Positions 60,777-64,000 of a DNA stretch of 64,000 bases are shown one piece after another (positions within the stretch are counted from its first letter, which is position 1; the number at the start of each line of letters is the position of its first letter). The notes beneath the pieces were generated by a model. The model made no database searches and had not been told where the DNA came from. It saw nothing but the letters and a program-made list of their open reading frames with translations. A program made the translations under genes and the position numbers. This DNA comes from an uncultured Spirochaetota bacterium. GTDB taxonomy: Bacteria; Spirochaetota; Spirochaetia; SZUA-6; Fen-1364. Location of the stretch: contig CAWGAA010000003.1 in assembly GCA_963820525.1 (NCBI GenBank), forward strand, positions 576,001-640,000, read 5' to 3'.

Positions 60777-61796
60777 TCAGATGTCAGCCTCCCCGAGATG
60801 GGGGATGATGAACTGCTCGAACATGGCCAGAAAGTCGGAATATCGCGACAGGAACTCGACGTAGGTCGGGTCCCCGGGCTGGGCGATGTAGCGGGTCTTC
60901 ATGAGGAGGTAGATCCGACTTGCGACGTAGCGCCTCATGGAGAGGGCCGCAAGGGAGTTGTAGCGGAGGTTGAGGTAGAGATTGCTCGTTTGGAGCTGAA
61001 GCGGGAAGACCACCTATTCCTCGTACTTCCTCGTCTCCTTCTGGCCCTTCTCCTTCACCATGGCGATCGCCTTTTGCCGCTCCTCGGCGAGGCGCTTGGA
61101 GTATTCCTGGAAATAGGTGTCGAAGTCGTTCACGCTCTTGATGTATGCCGTGAGCTGATCTATCAAGGCATTGATGGAGGCCACCGGGTCGGCCATCAGG
61201 GCGTCGAGCTTCTCCCCGTTCCACTTGCGGTAGTCGATCTGGTCCCGCTGGACCTTGAACTTGTCGCCGGGGGGCTGGCCGGGCTTCACCTCCACCCCTT
61301 CCCCTGCGGCAAGCTCAACGATCTTTCCCTCGGCCTCCACTTCCACGGCCCCCGAATCTACGGCAATGAGAGAGGAGCCGTCAGCACCGGCCAGGACCGT
61401 GAGCTCGGTGCCGCGCACGCCGGCGGCGCAGCTGGCGGTCTGGATCATGGGTTCCTGGCCCGTGAGCTTGTCATAGCGCATCTTGATGGAGCCAAGGGCA
61501 ACGGAGAGCACGCCCGTCTTGGCCCCGCCCCGCTCCCGCTCCATGAGGATGAAGACGGTGCCGGGGTTGATCTTCAGCGTAGCCCCTTTCTGGTCCAGCT
61601 CCACCTGGCCGTCGGCCCCGGTTTTCAGCGAATCTCCCGTGTTCAGGACATCGCCGATGGCAGCGTCCTGGGTGCGGCCGTTTTTGGCAAAGCGCACGCT
61701 CGCATCTCCTTCGGTGTACGTCACATCGGCGGGCACCGCGGAGAGGACCGTCGCGGCCGCGAAGAAAAAGGCGATGAGCGGGAGCGTCGTTCTCAT
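60777..61796 (-). CDS. FecR domain exported protein with in-frame TAG at 61014-61016
   Basis: Signal peptide, GDSLKTGADG, AGVRGT, VDSGAVEV; the same frame continues for 78 codons after the TAG. Confidence 0.78.
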
Positions 61797-61797
61797 A

Positions 61798-62256
61798 TCA
61801 GAAGGGCCCCTTGAACCCGTATATCTTCTTCGTCATCCACTCGTCTCCCGCGACCAGGAGGATCCGCTGCCCCGTGGAAGTCCTCATCTCCAGAAGGCGG
61901 GCGTTCTTTGAAACGTACTTGGAGAAGAAAGTCTTCACCTCCATCGAATTCGAGAACAGGCGGTAGCTGTCGGCAGACAAGGGAGATGCGCTTTCCATCT
62001 CCGTCTCGCCCACGCGGAATCCAGCCTTCACAAGACCCTGCCAGAATGTCGCCACATCCGCGGGCAGCGCCACGATTTCCCTGTCTACAAGGAAGGGACG
62101 AGCGCTCATCTGGGCAAGCTTCTCGGGATTGCCCGAGTTGATGAGGTCTGCGAAAAGCCGGATGCTGCCCTGGTCCTGGGAGCGCTGCAGGGAGGCGCAG
62201 GAGGCCAGGAGCGCCACGGCCAGAATCGGCACGATCCTTTTCACGAGTGGATTCAT
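61798..62256 (-). CDS. hypothetical lipoprotein
   Basis: Lipobox LASC. Confidence 0.8.
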   Translation of the reverse strand: MNPLVKRIVPILAVALLASCASLQRSQDQGSIRLFADLINSGNPEKLAQMSARPFLVDREIVALPADVATFWQGLVKAGFRVGETEMESASPLSADSYRLFSNSMEVKTFFSKYVSKNARLLEMRTSTGQRILLVAGDEWMTKKIYGFKGPF

Positions 62257-62341
62257 TACGCCTAATGTAACCCCGGGCTGAAAGAATTCAATCCGCGGGA
62301 GGCAGCCCCCTCATACGCGCCGGCGCTGCCCTGCCCCACCT

Positions 62342-63325
62342 TTACCAGCGGTGATGAACGTCGCTCATGGCATGCTTTTCATAAATCGAGCGAACCTGGC
62401 GCATCACCGCGCCGGGGATCCGGGGGAAGCCGGAGGCGCGGCAGTTGTCCTCGACCTGGGCCGGTTTCTTGGCGCCGGGGATGGTGCAGGACACGGCATC
62501 ATGCATGAGGATCCAGCGCAGGGCGAACTGCGACATCGTCATCCCGTGGGGGATGATCCGCTTCAGCTCCTCGACGGCCCTCAGGCCCTTTTCGAAATCG
62601 ACCCCGGCGAAGGTCTCTCCCCGGTCGAAGGCCTGCCCCTTCCTGTTGAAAAGGCGGTGGTCGTCGCGGGCGAACTTGGTCTGGCGGTTCATCTTCCCCG
62701 TGAGCAGGCCGCTTGCCAACGGCACCCGCACGATGATGCCCACCTTCCGTGCCTTGGCTTCGCGGAAGAAGAGCTCGGCAGGTCTCTGGCGGAAGATGTT
62801 GAAGATGATCTGCACGGTCTCCACGCCGGGATACTCTATGGCCTTCAGCGCCTCCTCGACCTTCTCCACGCTCACCCCGTAATGCTTTACCTTCCCCGCT
62901 TTCACCAGCTGGTCCAGGCCTTCGAAGACCTCAGGGGTGTAGAAGACCTGGGCGGGGGGGCAGTGGAGCTGCAGGAGGTCGAGGGCCTCCATTTTGAGGT
63001 TCCTGAGGCTGTCCTCTACGAACCGCTTGATGGCGAGCGGCGTGTATTTCTCCGCAACATGGGGGGTCAGCTTCCGCCCTGCCTTTGTGGCGACATGGAT
63101 CTCCTCCGGCCTCTCCTTTCGAAGCCGGGCGATCAGCCTCTCGCTCTTGCCGTCTCCATACACGTCGGCAGTGTCGATGAAGTTCACGCCAAGGTCCACC
63201 GCCCTGTTGAGGGCGGCAAGAGATTCAGCATCGTCCACGGGACCCCAGGCTGATCCTATCGCCCAGGCGCCGAAGCTCACCTCGGACACCTTCATTCCCG
63301 TTCTTCCCAACATTCGATATTTCAT
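62342..63325 (-). CDS. aldo/keto reductase
   Basis: LGRTGMKVSEVSFG, FIDTADVYG, ATK, DLLQLH, PLASGLLTGK, IPGAK. Confidence 0.95.
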   Translation of the reverse strand: MKYRMLGRTGMKVSEVSFGAWAIGSAWGPVDDAESLAALNRAVDLGVNFIDTADVYGDGKSERLIARLRKERPEEIHVATKAGRKLTPHVAEKYTPLAIKRFVEDSLRNLKMEALDLLQLHCPPAQVFYTPEVFEGLDQLVKAGKVKHYGVSVEKVEEALKAIEYPGVETVQIIFNIFRQRPAELFFREAKARKVGIIVRVPLASGLLTGKMNRQTKFARDDHRLFNRKGQAFDRGETFAGVDFEKGLRAVEELKRIIPHGMTMSQFALRWILMHDAVSCTIPGAKKPAQVEDNCRASGFPRIPGAVMRQVRSIYEKHAMSDVHHRW

Positions 63326-63372
63326 GGTTTCCTCCCACGCATCGACTATCTCTCGTTCGATGGTAGTGAATT

Positions 63373-64000
63373 TCAGCCCGGGGGGCAATCGGGCGCGTAT
63401 GTTCCGAACTGGATGGATGCGAGCGCCGCGGCGTCAAAGGGCGGGCAGCGCACGCTCAGGCTGCCCCGGCCTATGCGGACCTCCTCCAGAATCCCCACGG
63501 CGAGAGAAAACCCGGCCGCGTCGCACAGCGAGATGAGGGTGCCGCGGTATGTCTCGGGCCGGGAGAAGTCCGGGATGAAGCCGTGAAGCCCGATCCCTAT
63601 GAGGTGGACCTCCCTCGTGGAAGCCTGGGCGAGATAGGACGAAAAGCGTTCCCGGCGGTAGTCCTTGCGCTCCTCGAGGCTCCGCACCCGCCGCTCGGGC
63701 AGGGGCAGGACGAACGAGACGCGGACCTGCGCCGACCTCGCGAAGTTTCGCGTCATCCGCTCGATGTCCCTGCTTCCCCGGAAGGCCACAAGGTGAGATG
63801 GCTGAAGCATCGCCACGGCCTGGTACTGGAACTCCCGCGCCGCCTTGCCGATCGAATACCCGCTTGAGTCGCAGACGATCCAGCGAGCCCCCAATCGCCC
63901 TGCCTCCAGCACCAGGGCGCTCATCCCCACGAGGAGCTGCAGGAAATGGCCCACCGGCGATACTCCGCCGACGAACCGAAGCCTGACCGTCTGCGGCTGC
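63373..64000 (-). CDS. Clp1/Nol9 (Grc3)-like polynucleotide 5'-kinase, C-terminal part
   Basis: RFVGGVSPVGH, IVCDSSG, RSLEERKDYRRERF. The Walker A motif lies outside the window. Confidence 0.75.
   Translation of the reverse strand, partial: QPQTVRLRFVGGVSPVGHFLQLLVGMSALVLEAGRLGARWIVCDSSGYSIGKAAREFQYQAVAMLQPSHLVAFRGSRDIERMTRNFARSAQVRVSFVLPLPERRVRSLEERKDYRRERFSSYLAQASTREVHLIGIGLHGFIPDFSRPETYRGTLISLCDAAGFSLAVGILEEVRIGRGSLSVRCPPFDAAALASIQFGTYAPDCPPG

Overview
High-GC bacterial chromosomal window (roughly 65% GC by eye). The many lipoproteins and the FecR/PilZ/GGDEF content suggest a free-living spirochaete-like anaerobe, but this is inference only. No rRNA, tRNA, CRISPR array, integrase or transposase was recognised. 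From left to right: a minus-strand MoxR/DUF58/VWA operon preceded by dipeptidase, NUDIX and RseC genes; a PlsY-kinase fusion; a free-standing structured small-RNA candidate with its own promoter (12797-12913); a TIGR03915/TIGR03916 pair divergent from an SplB-like radical SAM gene; ilvBN with a leader-peptide attenuator; PfkB and UroD-family genes; broken Fe-S oxidoreductase and AraC genes; MATE/DMT transporters; tandem ankyrin lipoproteins; a kamA/ATP-grasp/GNAT operon with a structured 5' leader; an HI0933 flavoprotein and hflX; larE-larB-larC with internal deletions; a SiaC-like/PhcB-like methyltransferase/PilZ module; lspA; a large GGDEF protein; argA; a frameshifted ECF sigma factor; adenosine deaminase; a FecR/lipoprotein operon with an in-frame TAG; and a partial Clp1-like kinase. 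Family calls come from motifs recognised by eye; no database search was run.
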